Source: Trichosphaerium sp. ATCC 40318 (taxonomy: Eukaryota; Protista; Tubulinea). Taken from it: DNA of 64,000 nucleotides. The stretch is from NCBI GenBank assembly GCA_038496445.1, contig JALMLS010000017.1, forward strand, positions 124,001-188,000. The letters run 5' to 3'. Below are positions 14,201 through 28,829 of the stretch, in pieces. The translations under genes and the position numbers were made by a program. Below the pieces are notes generated by a model. That model saw nothing but the letters and a program-made list of their open reading frames with translations. It was not told where the DNA came from and searched no databases. Within the stretch, counting starts at the first letter, position 1. Each line of letters begins with the position of its first letter.

Positions 14201-14706
14201 AGACGTTGGCAACTCAAAATACAGTTTTGATTTTAATCCAAAGACACATGGTACTTATACTTATAATGTATTCATGCACGATAAGCCAGTGTACAAAGAT
14301 ATCAAACTGAACGTTGGTTTACGTACGTCCAAAATCCACAAACTAAAGTCTGACTCTTTTCTTAGCACCATGTGCCAAGTTTTGCACAGCAACGTACCCT
14401 TCCTCAGTGAGCGTTGGTGGTCTTGTAGAGATAGTTATCCAAGCCAAAGATAAAGACGATAACATCATTAAGAGTGGAGGTGATCCATTCAAGGTACAAA
14501 GAAAAAATAGACTAATCTTCTTCGTGCTGACATTGTTTCAAAAGGTTTCGGGTCGTGGCGCTTTTGAGAACTTGAGGCAACGTGACAACTCCAATGGCAC
14601 TTATACTATAAAGTTTACAGCTCCACAAGCTGGTACATACGAAGTATATATCAAAAAAGACGGAGAAGAAGTAAAAGGATCTCCAGCTATCATTACAGCG
14701 TCATAA
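2223..14706 (+). CDS. Giant filamin/gelation-factor-like protein: 2 CH domains, many filamin Ig repeats, two SERAC1-like alpha/beta-hydrolase domains, helical insert
   Basis: N-terminus MASKDRDHWIAIQKK-TFTAWVNEQI, DIVDKHEKLILGLIWTLI, WRDGTAICDLVNAL, DELSVVTYLSYF (actin-binding CH pair); repeated SGPGL...GGD...D(N/K)GDGTYxVxFTP filamin motifs through the final exon (...KGSPAIITAS*). No internal terminal stop or new ATG seen at exon junctions I checked, but the single-gene interpretation is unconfirmed. Confidence 0.8.
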
Positions 14707-14808
14707 AAATTTGGAAGAGTTTTACCTTCCTTGATAAAGAAAAAAAATAAAGTTTATAAATTTGAGTGAAGTTGGTTTATTGACACGTGGTTGAGATAGT
14801 GACAAGGA

Positions 14809-15290
14809 TCATACGGTGTGCATGGCCCTATGTTTGAGCACAAGTGTAGCAAATTTATCTGTACTGGATAATGGCATGCTTGCCCCGTTGTAGAAACCTC
14901 CAAAGAACTTAAGTGTACAGTCTGAAGGACTGAATTTGGCTTGTTGGGAAACAATTGCGCTGTTTAAAGCGGAAATGCTTAGTGACGTTCCATTTGAGCA
15001 AGTGATATTATTTCCCTTGGATACAATGAGTATACAGTGGACTCGCAAGTAGGAAGTGATTTTCAGTCGTAATTATGTAAAACTAGCGCACGTTAACGTC
15101 AAATACGCCAGCAGCTTGTTCTTGGTTGCCTGCACTGGTTGCTACGCGAACAACAAGCTTTGTTGCTGATTTGGATCCAGATTGGTTAGTTGAGAGGTTT
15201 ATCTTGTACTCCATTATCACTGCAACTGTGTAAATGTATTTGGACTGTACCTTAATGTCGCAATTACATTTGGCATTAAGTTGGCACTTG
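14809..15290 (-). CDS. Possible small hypothetical protein
   Basis: ORF 14809..15048 plus an upstream open exon-like stretch (INLSTNQSGSKSATKLVVRVATSAG) with GT-AG junctions; no start codon or domain identified. Confidence 0.25.
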
Positions 15291-15298
15291 ACAATGGC

Positions 15299-17474
15299 AT
15301 GGCCTACGGAAAGCTACTCGCTCGTACGCTAGTTTAGAAATGAATGTAATGCCAAATAATTGTTACATTAGCCAAAGGAGCGACAAGGTATCCCAGACAT
15401 CACTGGAACAGCTCTGATAACCAACGTGAGTTTTTTGATTCAGTGGTCGCGCCAAAATTGCGCGTTCAAGCATTTGACGATTGGTACGGCGTAAAATGTG
15501 AGCGAGTAAGCGATGTAGGAGGTTCTGGCATCCTTTCAAAGTATGTTGACATAAACTGTAATTTTCCGTCCCTCACTCCAAACAGATACGGCTATTCCGT
15601 TTCAAAGACTCTGAGCGCCTTATATCCAGATCACTCAATTGGTATGTACATTTGACACTTGCAAACCTAATAGAGCCATAGAACCATCTAACTTTAAGTA
15701 CGACACACGTTAACCTGTATACTTTGTTTACATAAATGAAAGCACATCGCCAAGGGGATACTGGTCGAATTTGCAAAATCAGGTCAAAAAACTTGAAGAC
15801 CTGGCTTGTCAATTACGTGTTCTGACATTTGATGGTTGGTACAACATAACTAAAGAACAAACAATTCTGTACGATGCCGGATACGTTATTTCAAAGTAAG
15901 AGAACCACACATTACAAAAAAATTAACTGACAATCATTTTCACCTTAGACATGGAAGTTCTTTGTCTAAGACGCTTATGGAAGTCTACCCTCATTACAAA
16001 TGGATCATATATGAGTTCAAGTAACGTACTATTAAATCCAAACCCATTATTCACGCCGTTCAAGACAATTGCCACGACACTTTTGGAAAGAAGAAAAAAA
16101 TGTTCTTGGATTTATTGAATATCTAGCTGGTTCTTTAAATATTACCCATACCAATGATTGGTAAAATGAGACAGTGTGGTAACACGTGAGTACTAAACAG
16201 AGTATTAGGTATAATGTCACAACTCAAAAAATAAAAGAAAACAAAGGAAGCAGCCTGCTCCCTTTGTGGCCAAAAATCTTATCAAAAGCTTATCCAGATG
16301 TCAAATGGAACTGGAAGCGATTCTCCAACCCAATAAAAGAGGTACATTCGGCAACGCATATAGGTTTGTTACTAAAGAAATAGACTAAGGTACCAACCAG
16401 CAAACAAGCTGTTAAAAGCTATGTTGCGTCTCCAGAGTCAAAGAAGTTTTTGAATAAGGTCGGCAAAACACTAGATGTGAAAGTGCTGTATGACTGGTAT
16501 AATGTATCTGCAGCCAGTATAGAGCGATATGGAGGATGGAACATACTAAAGAGGTAGCTAGCAAATGATCGAAACAGTAGTCATTAAGTTTTTGTCAGTT
16601 ACGACTTTTCTGTTTGTGAAGCGATAAAAACAAACTTTCCAGAGTATCAATGGGTAGATTGGAACTTCAAGTAAGTTAAAAAAAGCACCTGTATGCCATC
16701 ACTCATTTCGAAAAAAAATAGGAAACCCAGTGGATTTTGGAATGATCCTGCAAATCACGAGCAATTTTTAGGATATGTAGGTGAATTACTTGGTATCAAA
16801 GTTAAAGAAGACTGGCACCGCGTATCAGACAAGGAGTTGAGGTTACATGGTGGCGCTAGTACCTTGAGAAAGTAAGACTGGTAATATTTTTAATTTCTAA
16901 CAAAACAAGGTATGGCAGCTTGAAGGGTGCCCTTGAACTTACGTATCCATCTCACGCTTTGCAAACCAAGTACTAAAGCTTTAATGCATGTTAAACTAAA
17001 CTATAGTTTAGCGTCATACCACAAGTCAGACATACAAGGCGAAGACGTAAAAACGAAAGAAAGACAATTGTAAATAAAAAACATCAAGGATACTGGAAAT
17101 CAGAGGAATCTTTTGAGTATGTCAAAAAGCTTCTTCAAATCAAAGAACTAAGTGATTGGTGCGTAAACGAATATTGCGTAACACATAGACAACTGACACG
17201 TAGACCGGCTTTTTAGGCATCGTGTATCTCAAGACCAACTTGTAGAACTTGGTGCAGGTGGTTTAGTAAATTATTGGCCTTCTATCCTTCGTTTATGGTA
17301 TCCCGACGTTAACTGGGACTTTCAAGCTTTCACCAGAAAGGATAAACGCGCACAGCAAAGGTAAAAACTAAAAACATTTCATAACGACCTTCACTCCAAC
17401 AAAGAGTCTTCTAATTATGTCATTAATATAGAGTATTATCAGACAGCACACAGAACTTGTTTCCAGACAAATAG
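15299..17474 (+). CDS. Uncharacterised tandem-repeat protein (~7-8 repeats of ~65-70 aa, 'W..N...F...DWY.V...GG..YP..W' pattern)
   Basis: Repeats such as YPRHHWNSSDNQREFFDSVVAPKLRVQAFDDWYGVKCERVSDVGGSGILSK-YGYSVSKTLSALYP and KPSGFWNDPANHEQFLGYVGELLGIKVKEDWHRVSDKELRLHGGASTLRK-YGSLKGALELTYP; ends RKDKRAQQRVLSDSTQNLFPDK*. Confidence 0.8.
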
Positions 17475-17565
17475 CGGGTATGTAAAATGTAAAATAAAAT
17501 AAACAAGTTTTTGAAAAAGAAATTTAAATTATTATTGTTGTAATTCAAAGTCGCTTTGGTTGGAT

Positions 17566-18212
17566 TCAATCATGGGTAGCTAGTCTTGCAAACGCAACGT
17601 AACCTGCCAAGAATGTAGCTTCAGCCTAGTAGTAACTTAGAATGGGCGTACAAGTGAAGAAATGATAGTTTTTTGTCTTACCTTTGGCTCTTTGTAAAAC
17701 CATGCGACGTTGTCTTTTTTGTTACCTTCTACATCTACGTGATAATAACTTGCGAAACCTTTCCATGGACATGTTGTGTGTTTGGATGAGAGTTTCATGT
17801 ATTCCATTTTAACGTCCTTAGGCGGGAAGTATGCATTACCTACGCGACGTTAGCACGTAGTATTGTTTGCAACGTGTCAGTTACCCTCAACCATCAAACA
17901 TTCGCTACTCTTTGCGATAACAGTGCCTTCCCATTTCGCTTCACAGTTAACTACCGCGCTAACATGCCTATTGAGCGCCTTTTTGGTAACCTTTTTAGGT
18001 TTTTGTTGCTTTACAGTCTTAGTTTCCCCGACAGTCCTTACATCATCCTCGCCGGCATCGTCAGACCCAGAAAACACGCCAGAAAAGTACAAAATGAGGA
18101 AAACCTATCAAAATTAGCTTACAAATTGACAAATTAAATCAAAACGTACCCCAAGTGCAACACCTGCGAACCGCCACACATTTTTGTAGCTCGAGCCACG
18201 TCTACCACGCAT
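17566..18212 (-). CDS. DUF427 domain protein with N-terminal membrane anchor
   Basis: MRGRRGSSYKNVWRFAGVALG-VFLILYFSG...AKWEGTVIAKSSECLMVEG-NAYFPPKDVKMEY...HTTCPWKGFASYY...NVAWFYKEPK...YVAF (DUF427 signature CPWKG.ASYY, AW.Y..P). Confidence 0.85.
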
Positions 18213-18371
18213 TTTTTTGAACAGTCTGACAATTTCTAAATAAGCAAGTACGTTCCTTAACAGAATTACTTTATTACGCTTTGACATTATATATTTACAT
18301 TTGAGTCGTGTCTAGAGACACGCTAACTTCATAGAGGGCAACTATGAAAGATAAAAATACTGAAAGACACA

Positions 18372-19157
18372 TCAGTATTTGGTATAGCCTCTCCCAACTT
18401 GCTGGACATTTGCAACGTTGTTGGGGTTTATAGGTGCAAGGATTCGGCCTGGTTGCTGTTGAATCCATTGGAGGCCATTGGCAACTGTTTGCTGGAAGCA
18501 ATTACTAGTCCCATCCAACTAAACGATAATAAGAACAATTGTACAATAATAATAACCACGTACTTTTACAGAGGTGACTGGTTCCAAATAAACTTCGTCC
18601 GTGAGGCTGGAAAACGTAACAGACCAACCGTGATCGTGACGTATCCAAGCGCCTTTCATTTCTAAAGCACGTATTGACGCACCAGGCTGTAGGGTACCTT
18701 AAAAAGGTAAGTGCACAAAATCCAACCGGTTTTTTTGAGATTTTACCTATTTTTTTGCTCTTTGTGGTTGGTTGCCTTCTGATTAGTAGTTTATTGCATG
18801 TTACGCGCCACAGCTTCATTGGGTAGTCTACGGGGACCATGTATTGGGTTTTCTGGCTACTCATGCGTGACCACCCTTCAGAGTGCTCAATCCACTCACC
18901 ACGCTGGTTTTTTTGAACAATACACACGCCACTATTTGTGCGTTAACAGTTATTTTAAAAATCCCGCCACAAGAATTTTAAACGCCGTCACACGTACTGT
19001 GAGAGAGTGCCAACCTTTGAATTTCCACTTTTCGGCTTTTTCCTGATAGTTGCCCCTTTAAAGTTTATTACTACCCATACTGTCCCTATGAGGTAAATAA
19101 GAACGTATAATACAATTTTAACCAACCTTCAGTTCTTTGTGGTACTGTGGTTGTCAT
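18372..19157 (-). CDS. Protein with two tandem SH3b-like (bacterial-type SH3) domains
   Basis: Spliced: WVVINFKGATIRKKPKSGNSKVGTLSHG...GEWIEHSEGWS and WRVTCNKLLIRRQPTTKSKKIGTLQPG...GAWIRHDHGWS. Confidence 0.65.
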
Positions 19158-20284
19158 TAGCAAGCAAATTTTTTTTTATTTTCTCATTTTCGAAATTCGA
19201 CTAGAAGTGGGTCTTGTTCATAATTTGTGCAATCAAATGGTAACTCCTACTCAAGCCCTAGATCTTGTAACTGAGTAGAACTCGTTTAGAGTGCTATTAT
19301 GAGGCACTGAAATTTGCAAATTGGGACGTTATTTTGCAAACGGTTACCACTTTACACTTCGCTAAATCGTGCTCAATAATCTTTGTATGCGGATGTACTG
19401 GAAAACGGACGCCTTTCTGAATAAAGGATACGAGTCTTACGACAACAAAAAAAACTACTGCTGCATGCAATTATAAAACTCCCGCTGCAGCGTCAAGAAA
19501 AATCCGTTAGCTCTAAATGAAGCATTAACTACAAAGTAAAAAACACAGAACGTTAATTGATGGACTAAAGCGCGTAAAGGAGTGTATTTGCTGTGTATTA
19601 CGAATAACACAGTTGAGACATATCGTTTTAGGTAGTTTGCGTGGCAATATTTTTACGGCTAACACATTCAAACCAAAACAAAACCAAACAGTCGCTTGGG
19701 AACCTCGAAGGTATACAAAAGGCAGTATACAAGACTATACGACAATATTTTATGGGTAGACTATCGAGGAGAGCTCGTTCTGCTCGCGCAAAGCTACGAA
19801 CAAAAAACGGGCGGTTCCAAAAGCACGGTGGGGAGCATTCGTTCTACAACAACGATTTAGGTACCGCAAACCTGCGACGAAAAACGAATTATCCAAAACG
19901 CTCTTTTCAATACGACCACTAGCTCTAGCACTTTGCGAGTTGGTGTTGTGCGTACTTTTTATCGCTACAATTCATATATTCAAACACGACAAAATAATGC
20001 GCTGCTTCATCTCTTAACGCTAGTTAACACGCTGGTAACCAGACGCGACATAAAGTCGTAATGTTACGCATTATTGAGTAAAAACGAACTCACGGACAGC
20101 GCAAGAGGATTTCGTAACAAAAAACAAACGCAAAAACGATTTAAAATAATAATTCTTTTTACGACAAAAAAAAAAATCGCGTTTAACGACAGTCCGTTAA
20201 GTAATGCAAATTTAAGGTACACGGAGCGATCTGGGCACAGAAACGCAGCGCAACAATACTCTTAGCGGATTTAGTGCACCTACA

Positions 20285-22152
<1,868 letters not shown>

Positions 22153-22400
22153 TTTTTGTGAGCTTGTAAATACTCAATTTTCCCTCTTTTTGGAGGCATC
22201 TATCAAACGCGTTATTATTACACGCTTGTCCTGTTGTACATTAAAATACCATCTCTTCTATCTGAAATACTTCGTTTTTGTTCTGTATACTATAATGGAG
22301 ATTAGCTGGCGAACGCTCTATTGTGGAGAATAAAAAAAGCGAAATTTCTGTCGTACTTAGCAAGTATTTTCCCGCCCTTATTTTGATCACTACGCGCGCA

Positions 22401-24641
22401 ATGATTAGCGGAAATAATAGTGTCAAAGACTTATTGACGCACCCAGATATACTACGTTCTCATTTGAGCGCCTATGGGCCAAATGCACCTGAAATTAACG
22501 GTATTTGCCTCGAAGTCATGCAACACCTCATACTGAAACGGGGGATAACGTTCGAGTACCTCAGCGCGATTTCGGCTTATTGCGACAGTGTGACAACCCT
22601 TGATTTCTCTAACACTTCAATCAGCACTGACGCTATTTCAACGCTGTCAGGTACGCTCAAAATGCCGCAAAAGACTCTTAACATCCACAAGGAATAAAAA
22701 CAGTTGAACACCTACGTTTAACGGGCTGTAAATACCTAGAAGATCCTTGCATGGCTAGATTGAAAGGTATGACACTTTTAGATCACTTCTTTAATGTAGT
22801 TTAGAATTTCCATCATTAGAGTCTGTAGCTCTCAATAAATGCTCCAAACTTACACCTGCTGGATTATCTCGCCTATCAGGTATGTAATAGAAGAAAATTA
22901 GTATGTCAATGGCAGAAAAGTTGATTTCGCGTTTTTGTAGAGTCAATCCAACTGCGGTTTATAAATATCTCCGATACGCGTGCAGATGATAGTGTAATAT
23001 CATCTTTTGTAGCCTTAAACGGATTGGAAGGTCTCAAAACTTCTCGGACGTCAGTGTCAGCACAAGGTGTTTCATCATTAAAACAGTGCAAGAAACTATC
23101 AATACTACAACTCACAGGGTGTCGGAACGTTAATGATAAGATAATTGGTCCTCTACGTGATATGCCAGAACTACGTTCAGTTGACTTGGCTGGTACTAGA
23201 ATATCTCATTCAGGATTCCAAAGACTTCACGGTAAGAAACAAAAGTTTCACTTTCTTCAAAGAATTTTTTTTTCTTCGATTTTTTTTGAAGCAAGTTCGT
23301 CTTCTTACTCGATTTTCTTCGTTAGGAGTGTTAAGAAAAAATAAAAATATATCACGTGTCAAAGCTCAGGGACGTAGATTGATTATGGAGTATGCATCAT
23401 CTTCTCAAAGTAGTTGGCCATCACCTAAGGCTGATACAGATTGGGATCCTATTTTGAAACAATTGGTTCAACTTTTATCGAATCCAACGTTTAAAGAGCG
23501 TATGGAAAAACGTGATTCTTCTTCTCGATTATCATTCTCGTCTACAGCATTGACATCTACGCCGATTATATCAAGGTCTCCAAGTGATCGTAGGGTATCT
23601 AGTAGTAGTACTATATTCTCTGCTATTTCGCCTACTTCCTTTGGTGCTGGTCGTCTGTCACTTCCGTTTTCTGTTTGTGATTCTCGTAAATCATCTTTGT
23701 CTCATACTTTTGATATCTTTGATCAAGAAAGTAGAAGCTCTGCTCCTAGTGCTTTTGACTTTCCTAATGATGATGAGGACGTACTTGATGAATCCTTAAT
23801 GGACGTTGAGGAAAAAGACAAGGAAGAAGAAGCAGAGGAGAAGATTTTCGATGAACCTCAAAAAAGTCTTCAATTAAAGAATTCATCGTTTGATGATAAT
23901 ATGCTTGATGATGGTAGTGATGATGAGATTATTCTACTTGAAGAGCTGGCAAAAGCAAAAGGACCAGTGGACATCAATATGAGCGATGTATCAACTGATA
24001 GTTTGGACGTTAAATACGTCCAAGATACAAAACGGATTAGCTCTTTTTCTACGCCGAAAAACACCACTAGACCACCTTCATATACTCAAAAGTATACGTC
24101 ACCTACATTACGACCAGATTGCTCTCCATTCCGTGAGTTACCTGAACCATACACACTAAAGTTTCAAGGATGCAGTGTTGGTAAGTTTTGCTTAAATTCT
24201 GTTTTTTACTTTACAGTTTTCTTACTTTTTTCATAGCTAGTACGGATCCTTTCTTGAGACACTTGGATAGTCCTTTCAGGACAGTTTTAAAACCAAAAGT
24301 ACCAAAACCAAAGAAGCGTACAAAGAAGAAGCGTGAGTCCAAGAAAGGACAGATTACAAAGCTTAAAGGCGTCAGAAAAAGGCGACAACCATTACGTAAG
24401 TTTACCAACAAAGTTGGTTTTTTTATCGTTTTTTTTCTTTGTGTTCTTCTTTGGAGACTTACTCGTTTTGTTTGCAGGTTGTATTGCCTCAAGGATTATT
24501 AAGAAGTCTGTTGTTGAAGGTATTAAGTTGGGTGCAAAGGATTGTGGTGCTTTTGCTGATTATTGTAATGGTGGTGTAACAACTAAAATGTCTAAAGCAA
24601 AGATGCGAGTGTTACCACGGTGGCTTAAGAAATTATTGTAA
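22401..24641 (+). CDS. Leucine-rich-repeat protein with long Ser/acidic disordered C-terminal region and basic NLS-like stretch
   Basis: LRRs (VTTLDFSNTSIST, LSILQLTGCRNVND, LRSVDLAGTRISHSG), then Ser-rich/acidic ORF 23145..24236 and KPKKRTKKKR; introns GT-AG. Confidence 0.75.
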
Positions 24642-25011
24642 ATTACAAAAAAAAAATAAAAGTTGTACTATATCTCCCATCTCCGTCCTTTCGATCACGA
24701 TTTTCCCCGTCTACTGTTGAGTTTAATAGTGCGTTGAAGGTCATGAGGAGAAGAAATAAATAAGAAAACATGAGACTCATGTTGGCGTTAAAGAAATGTA
24801 ATGGATAGTGTACATGACCGCCGTGGGTGTTGATAGTGACAGTTTGACTTTGTCACTGCCTGAGGTCAAAGTCCTAGAGTGCGAACTCCAAGTAGCAATT
24901 CCTAAACCTGTGATGGCAAAAAGCGCCTTTCGAAAGAAACTATACGAGTCAATAACAGTAACGAGTCCACACCTACTAATCACGTGTGATTAACCAGTGG
25001 TAACTGTTAGT

Positions 25012-26066
25012 ATGCTCTCAAAACAAGGTCAGAACGGGCACTTGAAGAGTTTAGACCAGACTCAGCTATTAGACGTACCGAATTTGTGGTCGGTTCTGAT
25101 AGATTTTTCGTTTCTCAAAGCTGTAAACGTTTATCAGACGTCATTCACCATCACGTTGGGTACAATACAATCAAGGTTCAATCCAGCGCTAGTTGTTCTC
25201 GTCTTTCTGGAAGTCCACTTTTAAAAAACACGCATATTTGGTTTTGGGAGTACGGAACAGACAAGGATCTTGCTTTTCTTTCTGGTGTTTACTCGGTCAT
25301 GATTTATGACAACCATAACATCACAGACGAAGGGTTTAAGTATATATGTGGTGTACAACATATGGTTATCCACGATTGCCCGAAAATCACAGACTCAGGA
25401 ATAATAGCAATAGCTAAACACCTCGAATACATTTTTTTTGGATCTTTTCCCCAAATTACAGACAAAGGCTTTTCAGCTTTGGCAGGTGTACCTTCCGTGT
25501 ATTTAGGCTATACATCAGTTACAGACGAATGCATTTCAGCGTTAGCAGGGGTAAGTGCTATAGAACTGAGTGGTTGCAGTGTTACGGACTCAAGTATATC
25601 AAAATTAGGAGGTGTAAAATATATCAACCTCTCATGTTGTCAGAGTATCACTGGATCTTGTATGAAAAGTCTTGCTGGTGTACAAACTATTGACTTATCT
25701 CTGACAGATGCGACAGATGCTTGGATTACTCCGCTTACTGGTAGTCTTCGAAATATCAATCTATCTCAATGCCCTTATATCACTGGATCATGTATGAAGA
25801 GTCTCAGTGGTTTAAATGCTATTCATTTATCATGCACAAACGCAGTTGATGATTGGCTTGTTCATCTTTCTGGTGTCAAAGAAATAAGCCTCACAAAATG
25901 TAAAGATATCACAGACAAAGGCATTGAATCATTGGTTAGCTTACGTACGATATATTTGTTGGAAGATGATAACAACATTACAGATGAATGTAGAGATGCT
26001 TTAAGAAAAAAAGGTGTAGCAATTATATGTGATGAATTCTCCTTTTCTTTTTTTCCGCTCAGTTGA
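25012..26066 (+). CDS. Intronless F-box/LRR protein; apparent frameshift in the F-box (possible pseudogene or assembly error)
   Basis: 326-aa ORF with ITD.G...L.GV..I.LS repeats and the family motif HVG..I.V.S...LSGSPLLKNT shared with 47967 and 50771; ATG at 25012 (MLSKQ...LLDVPNLWSVLIDF) is in a different frame from DRFFVSQSCKRL. Confidence 0.75.
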
Positions 26067-26385
26067 GTTAAGCAGATAAAAGATAATATGCGAAGAAAAC
26101 AGCGGTGCATCCATGCGTGATTCTACAGAAAATTAGTTGCTTATGGAACTGGGATGTAGCTATCAGAAATAAACAACTTTATCAATTCAAGCTTAGCACA
26201 TTTTATTACACCACTTTCAACTCTTTTTTTTTGTCTCCTTATACTTTATTGATCTTAACGCACTAAGCAACTGGTTACGCTATGTTACTTTGTTTTCAAA
26301 TTGTTTGTACAGTAACATATATCCTCACACAAACCAAAGAAGCGAAAAATTCACTAAAGCATGCTTAACTGTCAACTTTTTTTTT

Positions 26386-27972
26386 TTACAACATTGGAAA
26401 ATTTGTGACTTCAACTGTTGTACAGATGGTTAAGTGCATTTTTTTGTTACATGAGGACTTTTCCATCTGCTGAGCAAAACGTTTTAAAGTCAGGCTGTGT
26501 ATACATGTCGAATAATCTCTGAAATGAACGTGGTTTGACGTACTAAGAAAAAAGGAATATCGTAAGAAAGTGACGAAAAATAATGAGAACACGTACATGT
26601 ACTAGTGCAGTATGAGGGTCGCATGCTGCCATGAATCTTGGTTCAACTTGGTCAACACCAAGCTCAGAGAGAAAGAGTCCAGTATTTAAGTCTTCGTAGT
26701 AGTGAAGATCAGGTCTCTTTTTGACAGGCTTAAAAAAATGTCAGATTCTATAGTAAACCGTTTCGAAAATTGCTTCAGTTTTTCTTGTTTTGTGGTGATG
26801 TCACGTGCGATTTTATACATACCAATGCCCAATAGTTATTGTACATAAACAATGCTAGTTCATATGATAGAATATAACCAGCTCCAGCAGCGTAACGTGC
26901 AGGCAATCTTGTTTTTGGTATGCGGCTATCTTCTTTTTTATAATCCATATGTATGCCATAGTAAACGCCTCTTTTTGGAAAATACTTCGCAAGTTCTAAA
27001 AGTCTATCTGGTACTATGAATGTATCATCGTCACCTAGTGGATTATAATTGATTTGTAATTCAAACAACATGAAAAAAAAACTTCCTGTTTTTTTCTTGT
27101 TTTCTTGTTTTTGCTGGCACATTACAGGTGGTATGATTGAAATTGATTTGAAAATAATGTAAAAGAAAGTGTATTTTCGAGTGCACATGTTAAACTAACG
27201 ATAGTAGTGACGTACACTTCAACAAGTAGTCAAAATTATAATTCTCTATTGCAAACTTTATAAACAGCATTGTCTTCATAGATAAATCCTTGTATTTATC
27301 GACCATAGGTACAAATATAATATCTCCATGAGTCTTGTTCTCTTTATGCACGTATCAGTAAAAAAGTAAAACAAGTTCAATAACACTGCAACTCAGGGTC
27401 GTTGCTGTTCGAGAGTTTTATTTCATTACCAAAAAAAAACCCCAGCTTACCAGCTATTATGTCATCAATCTCTTGCTCGCCTACAACAACACTTACTTAC
27501 CACCTTGAAGTACAACTCAACGTGATAGCTTAGGTTTTATTGGATATTTTGATTAAACAAAGTCGTTACACAACGTACGTAACCCCTTTTCTCCAAGTAT
27601 CCAAAAAGCTTCCCAATCGATGCCTTTAGTGTCTTTTGGAAACCTGGAGGTATTCGATTAAGTTTATGGTGTCCACGTGGTTTGTATTTTGTTTTTTAAA
27701 TTAAAACGTGCGTACAATGTCCACCACGTGTTTCTTATAGGTGTACGACGCGAAAGATACTTTGGAGCTGTAAAAACTCCAAAAATCATTCGTAAGTGTG
27801 GTAACGTGTTCTTGTTCTCTTCTCTAGGTAATACTTTGGGTACTACGTCATTATCCTCGTTATTCTCGTCTACAGTCACGTGCTGTGCTGTTAAAGTATT
27901 GTGTAATTGGTATATTAATGCTACATTTAGTAGAGTTATATATACTAGTACAGCCCACGTTTGCCGCTTCAT
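26386..27972 (-). CDS. GT31 beta-1,3-glycosyltransferase (galactosyltransferase family), type II membrane protein
   Basis: N-terminal TM; GVFTAPKYLSRRTPIRNTW; ENKTHGDIIFVPMVDKYKDLSMKT; YLLKCDDDTF (DxD); YAAGAGYILS; EDLNTG. Confidence 0.9.
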
Positions 27973-28335
27973 CTCGGCAATTTACGAAAGTAGAGTCAAA
28001 CTACAGTCAAACCTGGTTATACTGTAACCAGGCGCAATTTTGGTAGAAGCATTATAGCGCTGGCCTTGATTTATTGAGTAATGCGTAGGCATCATTCCTC
28101 TCCAATTTGGACTGTAGTTCCGGAGGGCGAATAAGTTAAGAACTTCAGCATGTTTGCGGAAGTCCGCTGATTCCTGTTTCTACAGGCTAAGAGAAAAAGA
28201 GCTAAGTGTATAGATTAACAAGGAGTAATTTTCGTTGCGAAGTTTTTGTAATTTTCAACCAACCTTTAATTGTGCTGTTGTCTCCAGGCAAAGCCCAGTG
28301 ATCAACGCCATACAGGTACCCTTGAATTTTTATGT

Positions 28336-28829
28336 ATGACAACAGCTATCACTGTGCTGTATCAGAACGTGACCTATCAATCGCATGTCCTAAGTGGTGT
28401 TGATAAGGAACGGTCTAATACTGTTACTCTTACCTTTCGTGTCGAACTTAATTTCAATCACTATAGTAACGGAAAACCAGTTGTATCAATGAAGCAATGG
28501 TATCAATGGTCAAATTCGAACCGATGTTGCTAAGAAGAACAACGCACACCATGGTACTTACAACGTGGTATAGCAATGGTCAAATGAGAGCAACCACTGT
28601 ATTTAATTGTTTTAACGCGGATTTTACTTTTAAGAAGTGGAGTCAGAATGGTACCTTAGTAAAGCATTACATTGCAAAGAATGGTACCACAGTAAAGACA
28701 ATTGTAAATACTGAAGCAAAACTAAATAAACACTTTGATATGTATATCTTCTTTCCTCTGGCACGTTTTTCCAAAAATATCTGCCATCATCCTCCTACAC
28801 CCCACATTGCTCCTTACAACATACACTAG
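28336..28829 (+). pseudogene. Degenerate intronless MORN-variant repeat gene with two frameshifts
   Basis: Joining three frames gives HYSNGKPVVSMKQWY/NGQIRTDVAKKNNAHHGT/TTWYSNGQMRATTVF...FKKWSQNGTLVKHY (W/Y-x-NG repeats); shifts near 28504 and 28560. Confidence 0.6.

Noticed and set aside
19220-20280. Gene or ncRNA (U3-like AAGACTATAC, RNase P/MRP-like motif) in the ~1-kb gap
   Set aside because: No U3 box A or P4 helix found and no coherent spliced ORF; an Infernal/Rfam scan would settle it
24777-24993. Short ORFs upstream of the F-box/LRR gene
   Set aside because: No similarity or gene structure support
28030-28200. U12 snRNA-like start (GCCTTGATTTATTGAGTAA) with nearby Sm-like sites
   Set aside because: The branch-pairing GTAAGGA is absent and downstream stems are not convincing
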